The notes: generated by a model from the letters alone, not told the origin. Shown: positions 21,442 to 31,829, numbered from the stretch's first letter. The stretch is DNA of 64,000 nucleotides from Thermoanaerobaculia bacterium (GCA_963666565.1 OY762911.1:2848001-2912000); one strand, 5' to 3'. Made by a program: numbers and translations.

Positions 21442-22463
21442 CGCTTCGCGCCGCTCTCCCGTCGCTCGGCCCGGAATCGCCGTGGCGGTCGACCTGGCTC
21501 CATGCCGGCCTGCTGGCGCTGGCGCTTCTCGGCGCCTGGCTCTCGTTCGCGCGGCCGTTCGCGGACGATGCCGCCGGGGCGGCGGAGGGCGTCGTCGTCG
21601 TCCAGGCGGCCGAGGGCGAGGTCGAGCGGCTCGTTCACGAACGGGGAGACCGGACGCTGGTGATCGAGGCCCGGGAAGACGGCCTGGGCCGCTGGTTCGA
21701 GGGCCGCGATGGCGACGGTGCGCCGTTCGCCGGCGGCCGGCAGGTCGAGACGGTCTGGCGCGGCCTGGAGCCGCTGCGGGCGGTCCGGGTGCTGGACGGC
21801 GTGGACCAGGCGAAACTCGAGGAACTCGGCCTTGCGGGCGGCGAACCGCCCGCCGAGCACCTGACGCTCACCGTCCGCGGACGCGACATCCGGTTCTGGC
21901 TCGGCGGCCGGCCCTTCGGCGGCGCCGATCGCTATGCCCGCCGCGAAACGGGGCCGGACGAGTCCACCGAATCCGCCGGCCGGGTGCTGGTGCTGCCGTC
22001 CGGCGTCGTTTCGGGCCTTGGCGGGGCCGACCTGCTGATGGAGCGGCGTTTGCTCGCCGCGACGCGGCCCGAAGTGGAGGCGATGACGCTCCAGCGACTC
22101 GGCGGGACGGGCGAGCCGCTGGCGATCCGCCAGCGCACCGGCGCGACTCCGGCCGACACGTACTGGACGGTCGACGGATCGGACGAGGCCGACGCCGACA
22201 TCGCCGCCTGGGTCGACAAGTTCTTCCGTCTCTCCGTCGCCACCTACCGGGGCGGCGAACCCGCGGCGGACTGGCGGCCCGAGGCGAGCATCGCAGTTGA
22301 CTCCCGCGGGCACGGCGCCTCGACGTTCGAGATCTGGTCCGCACCCGCCGGGGAAGGCCGCGCGTGGCTGGCCCGCTCCCCCTTCACGCGGCTCGTCGTC
22401 GAACTGAGCGCGCCGCTCGCCGAGGAGGTCTGCGCCGATCTCGACGGACTGATCCCCGGCTGA
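21438..22463 (+). CDS. DUF4340-like membrane-anchored protein
   Basis: N-terminal TM; LRAVRVL..KLEELGL pattern; usual fourth gene of gldAFG-like operons. Confidence 0.6.
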   Translation: MTLRAALPSLGPESPWRSTWLHAGLLALALLGAWLSFARPFADDAAGAAEGVVVVQAAEGEVERLVHERGDRTLVIEAREDGLGRWFEGRDGDGAPFAGGRQVETVWRGLEPLRAVRVLDGVDQAKLEELGLAGGEPPAEHLTLTVRGRDIRFWLGGRPFGGADRYARRETGPDESTESAGRVLVLPSGVVSGLGGADLLMERRLLAATRPEVEAMTLQRLGGTGEPLAIRQRTGATPADTYWTVDGSDEADADIAAWVDKFFRLSVATYRGGEPAADWRPEASIAVDSRGHGASTFEIWSAPAGEGRAWLARSPFTRLVVELSAPLAEEVCADLDGLIPG

Positions 22464-22484
22464 GGCGGCTAGACTGCGCCACCT

Positions 22485-23318
22485 ATGGACATCGGCATCT
22501 TCATGTTTCCCACTGGCGACGCGATCCGGCCCGACGAACTCGGCGCCGAGGTCGAGGCGCGCGGCTTCGAGTCCCTCTGGGTCCCGGAGCACACCCACAT
22601 CCCCACCTCGCGGCGGACGCCCTTCCCGGGCGGCGGCGAGCTTCCGCCGGAGTACTCCCGGACGCACGACCCGTTCGTGGCGTTGACGGCGGCCGCGTCG
22701 GCCACGAAGACGATCAGGCTCGGCACCGGCATCTGCCTGATCGTCGAGCGCGACACGATCACCACCGCCAAGGCGGTGGCGAGTCTGGACGTGCTCTCGG
22801 GGGGCCGCTTCGTCTTCGGCATCGGCGGTGGCTGGAACCGGGAGGAGATGGAGCACCACGGCACGGACTACGCGACCCGCTTCGCGAAGCTGGAGGAGCA
22901 GGTGGACGCCTTCAAGACGATCTGGAGCGAGGACGAGGCGGAGTTCCACGGCCGGCACGTGGACTTCGAGCCGATCTGGTCCTGGCCGAAGCCGGAGCAG
23001 AAGCCCCATCCGCCGATTCTGCTTGGCGGCGGCACCGGCTACACCCGCCAGCGCGTCGTCGATCGTTGCGACGGCTGGCTTCCCATCGGCCGCTCGACCG
23101 AGGCGGTGCTCGACGGCATCGGGGACCTGAAGCAGCGCGCCGAGCGCGCCGGCCGCGCCATGGACACGATCTCCATCAGCGTCTTCGGCGCGCCCCCGCA
23201 GCGGGAGGTGCTCGACGCCTACGCCGAGGCCGGCGTCGACCGCGTCATCCTGCCGCTGCCGCCGGAAGGCCGCGACCGGAACCTGCCTCGCCTCGACCGC
23301 TACGCGACGCTGCGGTAG
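22485..23318 (+). CDS. LLM class (F420-dependent type) oxidoreductase
   Basis: GFESLWVPEHTHIP, DPFVAL, LDVLSGGRF..GIGGGWNREE, PKPEQKPHPPI. Confidence 0.9.
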   Translation: MDIGIFMFPTGDAIRPDELGAEVEARGFESLWVPEHTHIPTSRRTPFPGGGELPPEYSRTHDPFVALTAAASATKTIRLGTGICLIVERDTITTAKAVASLDVLSGGRFVFGIGGGWNREEMEHHGTDYATRFAKLEEQVDAFKTIWSEDEAEFHGRHVDFEPIWSWPKPEQKPHPPILLGGGTGYTRQRVVDRCDGWLPIGRSTEAVLDGIGDLKQRAERAGRAMDTISISVFGAPPQREVLDAYAEAGVDRVILPLPPEGRDRNLPRLDRYATLR

Positions 23319-23410
23319 CTGCCTGGACGTCGCTGCGTGGGGTCAAGCGTTGTTCTGGCCGTTCAGTTTCCGAAACACCCGGCAAAACGGAGTTTGGATG
23401 GACAGAATGA

Positions 23411-23626
23411 CGGTCGAGCGCTAGGCGCCCCCGTGATCCGAGTGGCCTCCGCGCCTTCGTGGCGGACTACCCGGAGGCTACGCCGGTGCTCCTCTACGGC
23501 GGCCGTCGCACGCTCACGAACGGCATCCTCTGCCTGCCGTACGACGGTTTCCTTCGCAGCCTCGTTCCCGGCCGTTCCTTCGACGACATCCTGGCCGCGG
23601 TCGGCGACGCGAACAGGCCCGCCTAG
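23411..23626 (+). pseudogene. C-terminal remnant resembling an AAA+/DUF4143 protein
   Basis: Start-less frame RPRDPSGLRAFVADYPEATPVLLYGGRR..GILCLP..FL, preceded by an in-frame TGA. Confidence 0.5.
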
Positions 23627-24786
23627 CGGCCCGTGGCCAGGTCGGCCGCCGTCTCTTCGACCAGCAGGTCGACGACGTCGCGCAGCGCCTCCTCCTGGGT
23701 CGCTCCTTCCAGGACGCGGAGGCGGTACAGGTCGAGCTGCCGGTCGGCGCTCGAGCCGTTGCGGACGATCTCCAGGCACCGCCGCAGCTCGGCTTCGCAG
23801 CCCAGCGCGCGGGCGTCCTCGGCGAGCTCCTCGACCAGCGCCTCCAGCTCGTCCGCGATGTCGATCCGGCCGCCGCGCCGGGTGTCGCCCAGGAACGCCA
23901 CCAGGCCGTAGCGCTGGGCCAGCCACTTGTTCTCCACGATGATCACGGTCGGCGGTTCGGGCGGCAGCGTGCCCTCCCGGTCGCAGCGCGCGAGGTTCCG
24001 GATCAGCGAGGCGTAGAGGGCGGCGATGGAGAGCGCGTCCTCGATCGACGGACACGTGTCGCAGACGCGCAGCTCGATGGTGGGGAACCGGTGCGAGGGA
24101 CGGATGTCCCACCAGATCTCGCTGCCGTCCTTGATGAACTCCATGCGCTGGTACTCGCCGACGAGGGCCTCGTAGTCCTCCCGGCCGGCGAGCGGTCCCG
24201 GAATGCTGGTCCGCGGCATCGCCTCGAAGAGGTTCAGCCGGTGGCACTTGAACCCGGACTCGCGACCGCCGCCGAAGGGCGACGAGCCGGACAGGCCGAT
24301 GAACAGCGGCAGGTAGCGCCGCAGAGCGGTCATCACCCGGATCCGGGAATCGAAGTCGGCGAAGCCGGCGTGGACGTGCATGCCGCAGATGACCAGTCGC
24401 CGGACCGTCTCCTGGAAGGTGGAGGCGAACTCCCGGTAGCGTTCCTTCGCCGTCGGCAACTGCGATTCCCAGGCGGCGAAGGGGTGGCTCGAGGCGGCCA
24501 TGGCTTCGGCCCCGTGGGCGCGGGCGGCGTCGACGACAATCCCGCGGGCCGCTCTCATGCCCTCGCGCAGATCGGCCACCGACTCGTGGACGGCCGTGTT
24601 CGTCTCGATCTGGGACCGGAGGAACTCGCGGACCACCTGTTCCCGGCCCGCGGCCCGATCGCAGGCTTCGAAGATGCCGGGGTCGGGATCCGGCAGCAGG
24701 TCGCGGGTTTCGGGATCGATCAGGAAGAGTTCTTCCTCGACTCCGAGTGTGATCGTAACGTCGTTGCCGCTTGTGGATGCGCTCAT
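23623..24786 (-). CDS. carboxylate-amine ligase, YbdK/GCS2 family
   Basis: TLGVEEELFLID, SQIETNT, ICGMHVHAG, WWDIRPS, TIELRVCD, ENKWLAQRYG. Confidence 0.92.
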   Translation of the reverse strand: MSASTSGNDVTITLGVEEELFLIDPETRDLLPDPDPGIFEACDRAAGREQVVREFLRSQIETNTAVHESVADLREGMRAARGIVVDAARAHGAEAMAASSHPFAAWESQLPTAKERYREFASTFQETVRRLVICGMHVHAGFADFDSRIRVMTALRRYLPLFIGLSGSSPFGGGRESGFKCHRLNLFEAMPRTSIPGPLAGREDYEALVGEYQRMEFIKDGSEIWWDIRPSHRFPTIELRVCDTCPSIEDALSIAALYASLIRNLARCDREGTLPPEPPTVIIVENKWLAQRYGLVAFLGDTRRGGRIDIADELEALVEELAEDARALGCEAELRRCLEIVRNGSSADRQLDLYRLRVLEGATQEEALRDVVDLLVEETAADLATGR

Positions 24787-24830
24787 CGTGCGGCTACTTT
24801 ATGCCTTTGGAGTCGGCGACGGAAGCCACC

Positions 24831-26048
24831 TCAATACTTGAGCGTCTCGCCTTCGGACTTCGCGATGACCGCGGCGCCGACGGAGTCGGAGGTGATGTTC
24901 ACGACCGTCCGGAACATGTCGAGCGGCCGGTCGACGCTGAGCATCAGGCCGGCGAGGGCGTAGGCCTCCGGCGTCGTCAGGTCGATCGCCTCCAGCACGA
25001 TGAAGATCATGACCAGGCCGGCCGAGGGGATCGCCGCCGCGCCGACCGAGGCCAGCAGCGCCGTCAGCACGACGACCAGTTGCGTGTAGATCGAAAGCTC
25101 GGCGCCCAGGGCCTGGGCGATGAAGAGCGCGCCGACGACCTCCAGCAGGGCGGTTCCGTCCATGTTGACCGTGGCGCCCATCGGCGTGACGAAGCTGGTC
25201 ACCCGGTTCGAGACGCCGGCCTTTTCCCGCAGGCACTTCATCGTCATCGGCAGGGTGGCCGCCGAGGAACTCGTCGAGAAGGCCATCGCCATCGCCGATG
25301 CCATCGCGCGGTAGTGGTGCAACGGGTTCTTCCGGGCGAGCAGGGCGAAGAGCAGCGGCAGGACGACGAACAGGTGCAACGTGAGACCGACCGCGATCGT
25401 CAGCACGTACTTGCCGACCTGCTGGAACACTTCGAGTCCCATCTGGCTGACCGCGCGGGCGAGCAGGGCGAAGACGCCGATGGGCAGCAGGCGGATCACC
25501 CAGGTCGTCACCTTCATCATCGCTTCGAAGCCTGCGCTGAAGCCCTCGCGGAGCAGGTCGCCCGTCTTGCCGGTCATCACGCCGATCGCGGCGCCGAGCA
25601 CGATCGAGAAGAAGATGAGCCCGAGGATGTCGCCGCCGGCCGCCGCGCCTACCGGGTTGTCCGGAACGAGGCGCTGGATGATGTCGGCCATGGAACTCGG
25701 CGTCTGCAGATCGTCCGGGGTAAGGGGCTCCACGCCCTCCGGCATGACGAGACCCTTGCCGGGCCGTATGCTGTTGGCGAGCGTGAGTCCGACCAGGATC
25801 GCCATGAAACTGCTCAGCGCGTACCAGAGAAGGGTCTTGCCTCCCAGGCGGCCGATCGACCTGCCGTCGCCGATGCCGGACACGCCATGCACGATCGAGG
25901 TGAAGATCAGGGGCACGATGACCATCCTGAGCAGGCGCATGAAGAGGTCGGCGATCCAGCCGATCCAGCCCACCTCTCCGAAGACCAGGGCGAAGCAAAG
26001 CCCCAGCGCCATGCCGATGAGTACCTGCCAGTGAAGAGCGAGTTTCAT
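24831..26048 (-). CDS. dicarboxylate/amino acid:cation symporter (DAACS)
   Basis: AFSTSSSAATLP, GATVNMDGTAL, VDRPLDMFRTVVN. Confidence 0.93.
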   Translation of the reverse strand: MKLALHWQVLIGMALGLCFALVFGEVGWIGWIADLFMRLLRMVIVPLIFTSIVHGVSGIGDGRSIGRLGGKTLLWYALSSFMAILVGLTLANSIRPGKGLVMPEGVEPLTPDDLQTPSSMADIIQRLVPDNPVGAAAGGDILGLIFFSIVLGAAIGVMTGKTGDLLREGFSAGFEAMMKVTTWVIRLLPIGVFALLARAVSQMGLEVFQQVGKYVLTIAVGLTLHLFVVLPLLFALLARKNPLHHYRAMASAMAMAFSTSSSAATLPMTMKCLREKAGVSNRVTSFVTPMGATVNMDGTALLEVVGALFIAQALGAELSIYTQLVVVLTALLASVGAAAIPSAGLVMIFIVLEAIDLTTPEAYALAGLMLSVDRPLDMFRTVVNITSDSVGAAVIAKSEGETLKY

Positions 26049-27372
26049 GAGTCGGCAGGGTAGCACGCGGGGAAGGGCCGGAAGGCGGCCCCGGCGCCGG
26101 CAGAGCGGGCGCCGGCGGGATGGCTCTCCGGGTGCGCGGACCAGGCGGCGGCCTGGGGCTGCCCGCCGGTTCGCGGCCGCGCTTGCCCGCAACCGCGTTC
26201 TGGCGCTCGCCGCGGCGCTCGCGCTCGCCGTGCTCGCGGCGAGCTGCGGCAGCGTGCGCTACTACTCGCAGGCCGTCGCCGGCGGGGCCGGGGTGCTGGT
26301 CAAGCGCCGTTCCATCGACCGCCTGCTCGAACCGGGGCGCGCGGAGATTCTCGCCGCCGCGACGAGGGAACGGCTGCGGCTGACCCAGGAGATCCGCGAC
26401 TTCGCCAGCCGCGAGCTCGCGCTGCCGGACAACCGGAGCTACCGGAGCTTCGCCGACCTGGGCCGCCCGTACGCGGTGTGGAACGTGGTCGCCGCGCCCC
26501 GGCTCGGCCTGGAGGCGAAGACGTGGTGCTACCCGTTCGCCGGTTGCGCCGCCTACCGCGGTTACTTCGACGAGCGCGCCGCGCGGCGCCACGCCGACCG
26601 GCTGGCGGCCGACGGGTACGACGTGCGCGTCGGCGGCGTGGCGGTGTACTCGACGCTCGGCTGGTTCGCCGACCCAGTGCTGAACACGTTCCTGGACTAC
26701 GCCGACGTGGATCTCGCGGCCGTGATCTTCCATGAACTCGCCCACCAGGTCGTCTACGTCAAGGACGACAGCGTCTTCAACGAGTCGTTCGCGACGGCGG
26801 TCGAGGTCGCGGGCGTGAGGCGTTGGCTCCGTTCCGGGGGCAGGGAAGAGGAACTCGCGGCCTTCGAGCGCGGCCGGGAGCGCCGGCGCGACCTGAACCG
26901 CTTCCTGCTCGACGTGCGCGGCGAACTGGAGGCGATCTACGCGAGCGGCGAGAGCGAGGACCGGAAGCTCGCCCGTAAGGCGGAGGTGTTCCGTTCGCTG
27001 CCCGCGCGCTACCGCCGCGACCTCGTCCCGGCTTGGCGCGCCGCGGGCGACGACGCCGGCGGCGAATCGGACCTGGGCGAATGGCTGGCGCGCTTCAACA
27101 ACGCGGACCTCGTATCGGTGGCGACCTACAACGACCTCGTGCCCGCGTTCCTCGGCCTGCTGGAGGCGTCCGGCGGCGACTTCGGGGCCTTCTACGCTGA
27201 AGTGGAGCGTCTGGCCGAACTGGCGCCGGAAGAACGAGCCCGCTGGGTGCGCGGGTCTTCTGACCCGCTGGCGCCGAAGGCGGCCGGAGAGACGCGCCGG
27301 CCGTCAGGCCGGCTCAGCTCTGGCGGCGCTAACGGTCCAGCACCGCCCGCGCCCGGTCCGGGAAGTCCGTGA
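26047..27372 (+). CDS. putative zinc aminopeptidase lipoprotein (DUF2265-like)
   Basis: LAASC lipobox, YRGYF, YSTLGWFADP, IFHELAHQ..FNESFA; the start may be downstream. Confidence 0.82.
   Translation: MSRQGSTRGRAGRRPRRRQSGRRRDGSPGARTRRRPGAARRFAAALARNRVLALAAALALAVLAASCGSVRYYSQAVAGGAGVLVKRRSIDRLLEPGRAEILAAATRERLRLTQEIRDFASRELALPDNRSYRSFADLGRPYAVWNVVAAPRLGLEAKTWCYPFAGCAAYRGYFDERAARRHADRLAADGYDVRVGGVAVYSTLGWFADPVLNTFLDYADVDLAAVIFHELAHQVVYVKDDSVFNESFATAVEVAGVRRWLRSGGREEELAAFERGRERRRDLNRFLLDVRGELEAIYASGESEDRKLARKAEVFRSLPARYRRDLVPAWRAAGDDAGGESDLGEWLARFNNADLVSVATYNDLVPAFLGLLEASGGDFGAFYAEVERLAELAPEERARWVRGSSDPLAPKAAGETRRPSGRLSSGGANGPAPPAPGPGSP
27243..27285 (+). repeat. REP-like palindromic element, copy 2
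   Basis: ctgggtgcGCGGGTCttctGACCCGCtggCGCCgaaGGCGgcc. Confidence 0.8.
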
Positions 27373-28297
27373 ACACGCCGTCGACGCCGAGATCGACCAG
27401 GTAGCGGCGCAGTTCCTCCTCGTGGCTCCCATAGCCGTCCGGGACCTGGTCGGCGCGGAAGGTGTAGGGGTGAACCGTGAGACCGGCCGTGCGCGCCCAG
27501 TCGAGCAGTTCGGGCTGGCGCTCGATCATCGTCTTCGCCGGTCCGAGGCCGGTCGCGAACTTCGCGACGCCGGCGATGCCCTCGGCGCTCAGGAACGGCC
27601 GGTACCGCTCGACCTCGGCCATCAGGAACACCTGCGGCAGTTCCGAGCCGAGCGCGCGCAGGCGCCTCAGGCTCTCCTCCTCGAAGCTCTGCACGAAGAC
27701 CGGCGCGCCTTCCTCCAGGTAGCCGTAGCGGTCGAGCGCTTCGAGCAGCGCCTCCTCGATCTCCAGCCCCTGCTCGCGGTGCCAGGCCGGCGCCTTGAGT
27801 TCCGGGTAGATGCCGACGCGGCGGCCGGTGCCCTCGTTCAGGCCCTGGACGAGTTCGATCATCTCGGTGAAGGCCGGCACGGCGAAGCGGCTGGCGCCCC
27901 TGGGGAACCGGTCGCCGAGCCTCTCGTCGGCCTGCAGCCGGCGGACCTCCTCGATCGTGAAGTCGGCGGCGTACCAGCGGCCGTCCTCCCGGGCGCGGTC
28001 GGGGAAGACCTGCTCGACGTTCGTCGTCGCCTGCAGGTAGACGTCGTGCAGGCAGATCAGGTGGCCGTCCCGGGTCATCACGAGGTCCGGCTCGATGTAG
28101 TCGGCGCCCATGCCGTGGGCGAGGGCGTAGGCCGGCAGCGTGTGCTCCGGCAGGTAGCCGCTGGCGCCGCGGTGGGCGATGACGATGGGGGCTGGCGTCA
28201 TGGCTGTCGCGTTCGACTCATCTTCGGTTGCCGCGCCCGCGGGAGTCGCCAGAGCCAACGGCACCACGAGACTGGAGAGAGCGATCCGACCTGCCAT
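27329..28297 (-). CDS. glycerophosphodiester phosphodiesterase (GlpQ-like)
   Basis: IAHRGASGYLPEHT, DYIEPDLVMTRDG, IYPELK, HPYTFR, DGVFTDFPD; signal peptide. Confidence 0.92.
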   Translation of the reverse strand: MAGRIALSSLVVPLALATPAGAATEDESNATAMTPAPIVIAHRGASGYLPEHTLPAYALAHGMGADYIEPDLVMTRDGHLICLHDVYLQATTNVEQVFPDRAREDGRWYAADFTIEEVRRLQADERLGDRFPRGASRFAVPAFTEMIELVQGLNEGTGRRVGIYPELKAPAWHREQGLEIEEALLEALDRYGYLEEGAPVFVQSFEEESLRRLRALGSELPQVFLMAEVERYRPFLSAEGIAGVAKFATGLGPAKTMIERQPELLDWARTAGLTVHPYTFRADQVPDGYGSHEEELRRYLVDLGVDGVFTDFPDRARAVLDR

Positions 28298-28305
28298 GCC
28301 GCGGC

Positions 28306-30471
28306 TCACGCCGGAGCGGATTCGGGCGAGACGCTCGCGGTCCCGGGCAGCGCCTCGACCTCGACCCGGGCATCGTTGAAGCAGGCGCCCTGGCCGATGT
28401 CGGTCAGCGTGTCGGGCGCGAGGGCGCAGGCGTTGGTACCCGACTCCGTGCTCCTGGCCCAGACTCCCTTGGGCATCAGGACGACGCCGGGCTTGAGGTC
28501 CGCGCTGAGGCGCAGGCGGCAGACGACCTCGCCGTATTCGTTGAACACCCGCACTCGCGGCTTGTCGGCGACCGCCCTCTTGGGCGCCGCGGCCTCGGCG
28601 CGTTCGCCCGTACCCTTCTGGCCGGGCCTCTCCGCTCTGCCGCGGGCCGCGGCCGAACCTCCCAGCCCGCGCGCCGCGGCATCTTCCGGGTGCATCTCGA
28701 GCGGCACCTGGCCCTTCCGCAACTGGCCGAAGGTCGAACTGACGGTCCCCGGCACGGAGGGCGAGATGAGCGTCAACGGGTAGCGCGTCCCGCCGGGCGG
28801 CGCGTGGTAGGCGTAGAGCCCGACGCTCGCCTCCATGTCCAGCGACCGGGGGCACAGGCGGACCCTGCGGTCCGGCGTGCAGGGGAAGGCGTCGACGAAC
28901 TGGACCGGCCGGCGGCCGGTCTTCGGTAGGGCGTACCGCCCCTCGGCGAGCCGCCGCTCGCGCTCCCGGCCGAGGATCTCCCGCGTCCACTCCGCGTCGG
29001 TGCGCGGACCGTCCTCGCGCAGCAGGCCGAGCCGTTCCGCCAGGTCGCCGAACACGCGGTTGTTCGAGCGCGCCTCGCCGACCGGCGGTGCGACCGGCTT
29101 CGCGGCGTGCAACACCATTGCGCCGTAGCCCATCGCCAGGTCGTCGTGCTCCAGGAACGCGGTGGCCGGCAGCACGAGGTCGGCGTACGCGGCGGTGTCG
29201 GTCATCACCTGGTCGAAGACGACGGTGAACAGATCCTCGCGCTCCAGCCCCCGCCGCACCAGCTCCTGGTTCGGCAGCGTGGCGAGCGGATTCGCGTTGT
29301 AGACGAACAGAACCTGGACCGGCGGGCCGGGAATCGCCTCCGGGTCGGTCAGGACGCGGCCGACGTGGTTCATGTTCACGACCCGCGTGCCCGGATGCGG
29401 CTCGCGCCGGCCGACGTCGCGGAACGCGCCGCTGTTGCTCATCGTGTAGCCGCCGCCGCGGACGCCGAACTTGCCCGCGACGGCCGGCAGGGCGAGGATC
29501 GCGGCCACCGCCGAGCCGCCGTTCCGGTTGCGCTCCACGCCCCAGCCGCAGCGGATGACTGCCGGCGACGATTCGGCGTACCACTCGTAGCAGCGCTCCA
29601 GGTCGGCCCGCGGAACGCCCGCCGCCCTGGAGGCCCGCTCGAAGGTCCACGGCTCGGCGCGTTGCCGCAGCTTGTCTTCGCCCGTCGCGTGTTTCGCCAG
29701 GAAGGCGAGATCCGCGTCTCCGCGGCGGAACAGTTCGCGGTGCAGCGCCAGGGCCAGGCAGAGGTCCGTGCCCGGCCGCGGCTGCAGGTGGAGGTCGGCT
29801 TTCTTCGCCAGCGGCGTCCGCCGCGGGTCGACGACGACCAGCCGGCCGCCGCGCGCCTGCATCGCGCGCAGGATCGGCACCAGGTGGATCCCGGTGGAGG
29901 AGGGGTTCGCGCCCCAGACGACGGCGAGTTCGGCGTGCTCGTAGTCCTCGAGCGCGACGCCCGCCATCTTGCCGTAGAGCCCGAGCGCCGCGGCCGTGCT
30001 CGGCGCCGCGCACACGGTGCGCGCCAGCCCGGAGGCGCGGAAGCGCCGGAACAGGATGGCGTCGGCGGTGTCCTGGGTCAGGAGGCCGTTCGAGCCGCCG
30101 TAGCTGAGCGGCAGCACGGATTCGGCCCCGTGCGCTGCCTTCGCGGCCCCCATCCGTTCGACGATCAGGTCGAGGGCGTCGTCCCAGGAGATCCGCTCGA
30201 AGGCCGCGTCGCCCTTCGCGCCGGCGCGCCGCGCCGGGTGCAGCAGCCGGTCCTCGCCGTAGAGATGGCGCGAGATGCGACCGACCTTCGAGCAGATGAA
30301 GCCGCTCGTCAGCGGGTGGGCGACATCGGCCGGCGCCGCGCGCACCTTGTCGACGCGGCCGTCGCGGACCTCGACTTCGAGCGAGCAGGAGTCGGGGCAG
30401 TCGAGGGTGCAGGCGGTGTGGTGAAGCGCCGGCTCGCTGGTCGCGGCGGGCGCCGGATCTGCGATCGTCAT
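28306..30471 (-). CDS. molybdopterin-dependent oxidoreductase
   Basis: CTLDCPDSC..FICSK Fe-S motif, WGANP, MTDTAAYADLVLPA, C-terminal molybdopterin-binding domain. Confidence 0.9.
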   Translation of the reverse strand: MTIADPAPAATSEPALHHTACTLDCPDSCSLEVEVRDGRVDKVRAAPADVAHPLTSGFICSKVGRISRHLYGEDRLLHPARRAGAKGDAAFERISWDDALDLIVERMGAAKAAHGAESVLPLSYGGSNGLLTQDTADAILFRRFRASGLARTVCAAPSTAAALGLYGKMAGVALEDYEHAELAVVWGANPSSTGIHLVPILRAMQARGGRLVVVDPRRTPLAKKADLHLQPRPGTDLCLALALHRELFRRGDADLAFLAKHATGEDKLRQRAEPWTFERASRAAGVPRADLERCYEWYAESSPAVIRCGWGVERNRNGGSAVAAILALPAVAGKFGVRGGGYTMSNSGAFRDVGRREPHPGTRVVNMNHVGRVLTDPEAIPGPPVQVLFVYNANPLATLPNQELVRRGLEREDLFTVVFDQVMTDTAAYADLVLPATAFLEHDDLAMGYGAMVLHAAKPVAPPVGEARSNNRVFGDLAERLGLLREDGPRTDAEWTREILGRERERRLAEGRYALPKTGRRPVQFVDAFPCTPDRRVRLCPRSLDMEASVGLYAYHAPPGGTRYPLTLISPSVPGTVSSTFGQLRKGQVPLEMHPEDAAARGLGGSAAARGRAERPGQKGTGERAEAAAPKRAVADKPRVRVFNEYGEVVCRLRLSADLKPGVVLMPKGVWARSTESGTNACALAPDTLTDIGQGACFNDARVEVEALPGTASVSPESAPA

Positions 30472-30497
30472 GCGCCGAAGCGTACACCCCGAATTCG

Positions 30498-30540
30498 CTG
30501 GGTGCGCGGGTCCTCCCACCCGCTCCCGCCGGAGGCGGCC
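30498..30540 (+). repeat. REP-like palindromic element, copy 3
   Basis: ctgggtgcGCGGGTcctcccACCCGCtcCCGCCggaGGCGGcc. Confidence 0.75.
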
Positions 30541-30731
30541 GGAATGCGACGCTGGCCGGAGGTCGGCGACCTCCCCCGCGTGAGGGGAACGTCCACGGGC
30601 AATCCGACCCCATCCGGGTTACGATCCCCGCTCCCTGCCGGTCCTTCGCTCATCGGGGTGCCGCGCGGCCTCGGCCGCGACGACGACCCGTCGGCCAGCC
30701 GACCGCCAGAAAGACGACGTCGAGACAGCCA

Positions 30732-31829
30732 ATGCCCGAACAGCGTGTCTTCAACTTCTCGCCCGGTCCGGCGGCGCTGCCGCTGCCGGTTCTTCGGGAG
30801 ATCCAGCGCGACCTGCTCGCGCTGCCGGGCGCCGGCTGTTCGGTTCTGGAGGTCAGCCATCGGTCGCCGGCCTTCGACGCGATCCTGGCCGAAGCCGAGG
30901 CGAACCTGCGCGAGCTGCTCGCCGTCCCGGACGACTACCGGGTGCTCTTCCTCCAGGGCGGCGCGTCGCTCCAGTTCTCGATGATCCCGATCAATCTGCT
31001 GCGCGGCCGGGACCTGCCGGCGAGCTACGTCCTGACCGGGTCGTGGGGCGTCAAGGCCCTGGCGGAGGCGCGGCGCGAGGGCGAGGTCCACGTGGCCTGG
31101 GACGGCAGCGGCGACAACTTCGTGCGCGTGCCGCGCGACGCCGAACTCGATCTGCCGGCGGATTCGGCCTACGTCTACTACGCCTCCAACGAGACGATCC
31201 AGGGCGTCCAGTTCCGCCGCCCGCCGGCGGCCGGCGACGCGCCGCTGGTTTGCGACGCCTCCTCGGACTTCCTGTCCCGTCCCGTCGACGTGAGCAGGTT
31301 CGGCCTGCTCTACGCCTGTACGCAGAAGAACGCCGGTCCCGCCGGGCTGGCCGTGGTCGTCGTCTCGGAGCGGTTGCTCCAGCGCTGCGGCGACGACGTG
31401 CATTCCATGCTCAGCTACCGCCGCCAGGCGGAGAAGGGGTCGCGCCTCAACACGCCGAACGTCTTCGGCGTCTACGTGTTCCTGCTGATGACCCGCTGGC
31501 TGCGCGACGAGGTCGGCGGCCTGGAAGCCGCCGCGGCGCGGGCCGCCGCGAAGAGCGCGATGCTCTACGACGTGCTGGACGAGGACGGCGGCGAGTTCTT
31601 CCTGCCGCACGCGGAACGCGAGAGCCGGTCGCGCATGAACGTGACGTTCCGGCTGCGCCGCCCCGAACTGGAGGAGGCCTTCGTGGCCGGCGCCGCCGAG
31701 CGCGATCTCATGTCGATCAAGGGCCACCGCAGCGTCGGCGGCTTCCGCGTCTCCGCCTACAACGCGATGCCCGCGGAAGGCGTGGAGCGCCTGCGGGACT
31801 ACATGCTGGAGTTCCGCGCCCGACACTGA
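30732..31829 (+). CDS. serC: phosphoserine aminotransferase
   Basis: FNFSPGPAALP, SVLEVSHRS, LFLQGGASLQF, NETIQG, DASS, QKNAGPAG, RSRMNVTF, GHRSVGG. Confidence 0.96.
   Translation: MPEQRVFNFSPGPAALPLPVLREIQRDLLALPGAGCSVLEVSHRSPAFDAILAEAEANLRELLAVPDDYRVLFLQGGASLQFSMIPINLLRGRDLPASYVLTGSWGVKALAEARREGEVHVAWDGSGDNFVRVPRDAELDLPADSAYVYYASNETIQGVQFRRPPAAGDAPLVCDASSDFLSRPVDVSRFGLLYACTQKNAGPAGLAVVVVSERLLQRCGDDVHSMLSYRRQAEKGSRLNTPNVFGVYVFLLMTRWLRDEVGGLEAAAARAAAKSAMLYDVLDEDGGEFFLPHAERESRSRMNVTFRLRRPELEEAFVAGAAERDLMSIKGHRSVGGFRVSAYNAMPAEGVERLRDYMLEFRARH

Noticed and set aside
30541-30731. Riboswitch (ZTP, SAH or glycine) upstream of serC
   Set aside because: Hairpins and a GCCGACCGCC segment are present, but diagnostic consensus elements (e.g. 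GACTGGCG and CCTGGGC for ZTP) are missing, and part of the structure belongs to the REP copy.
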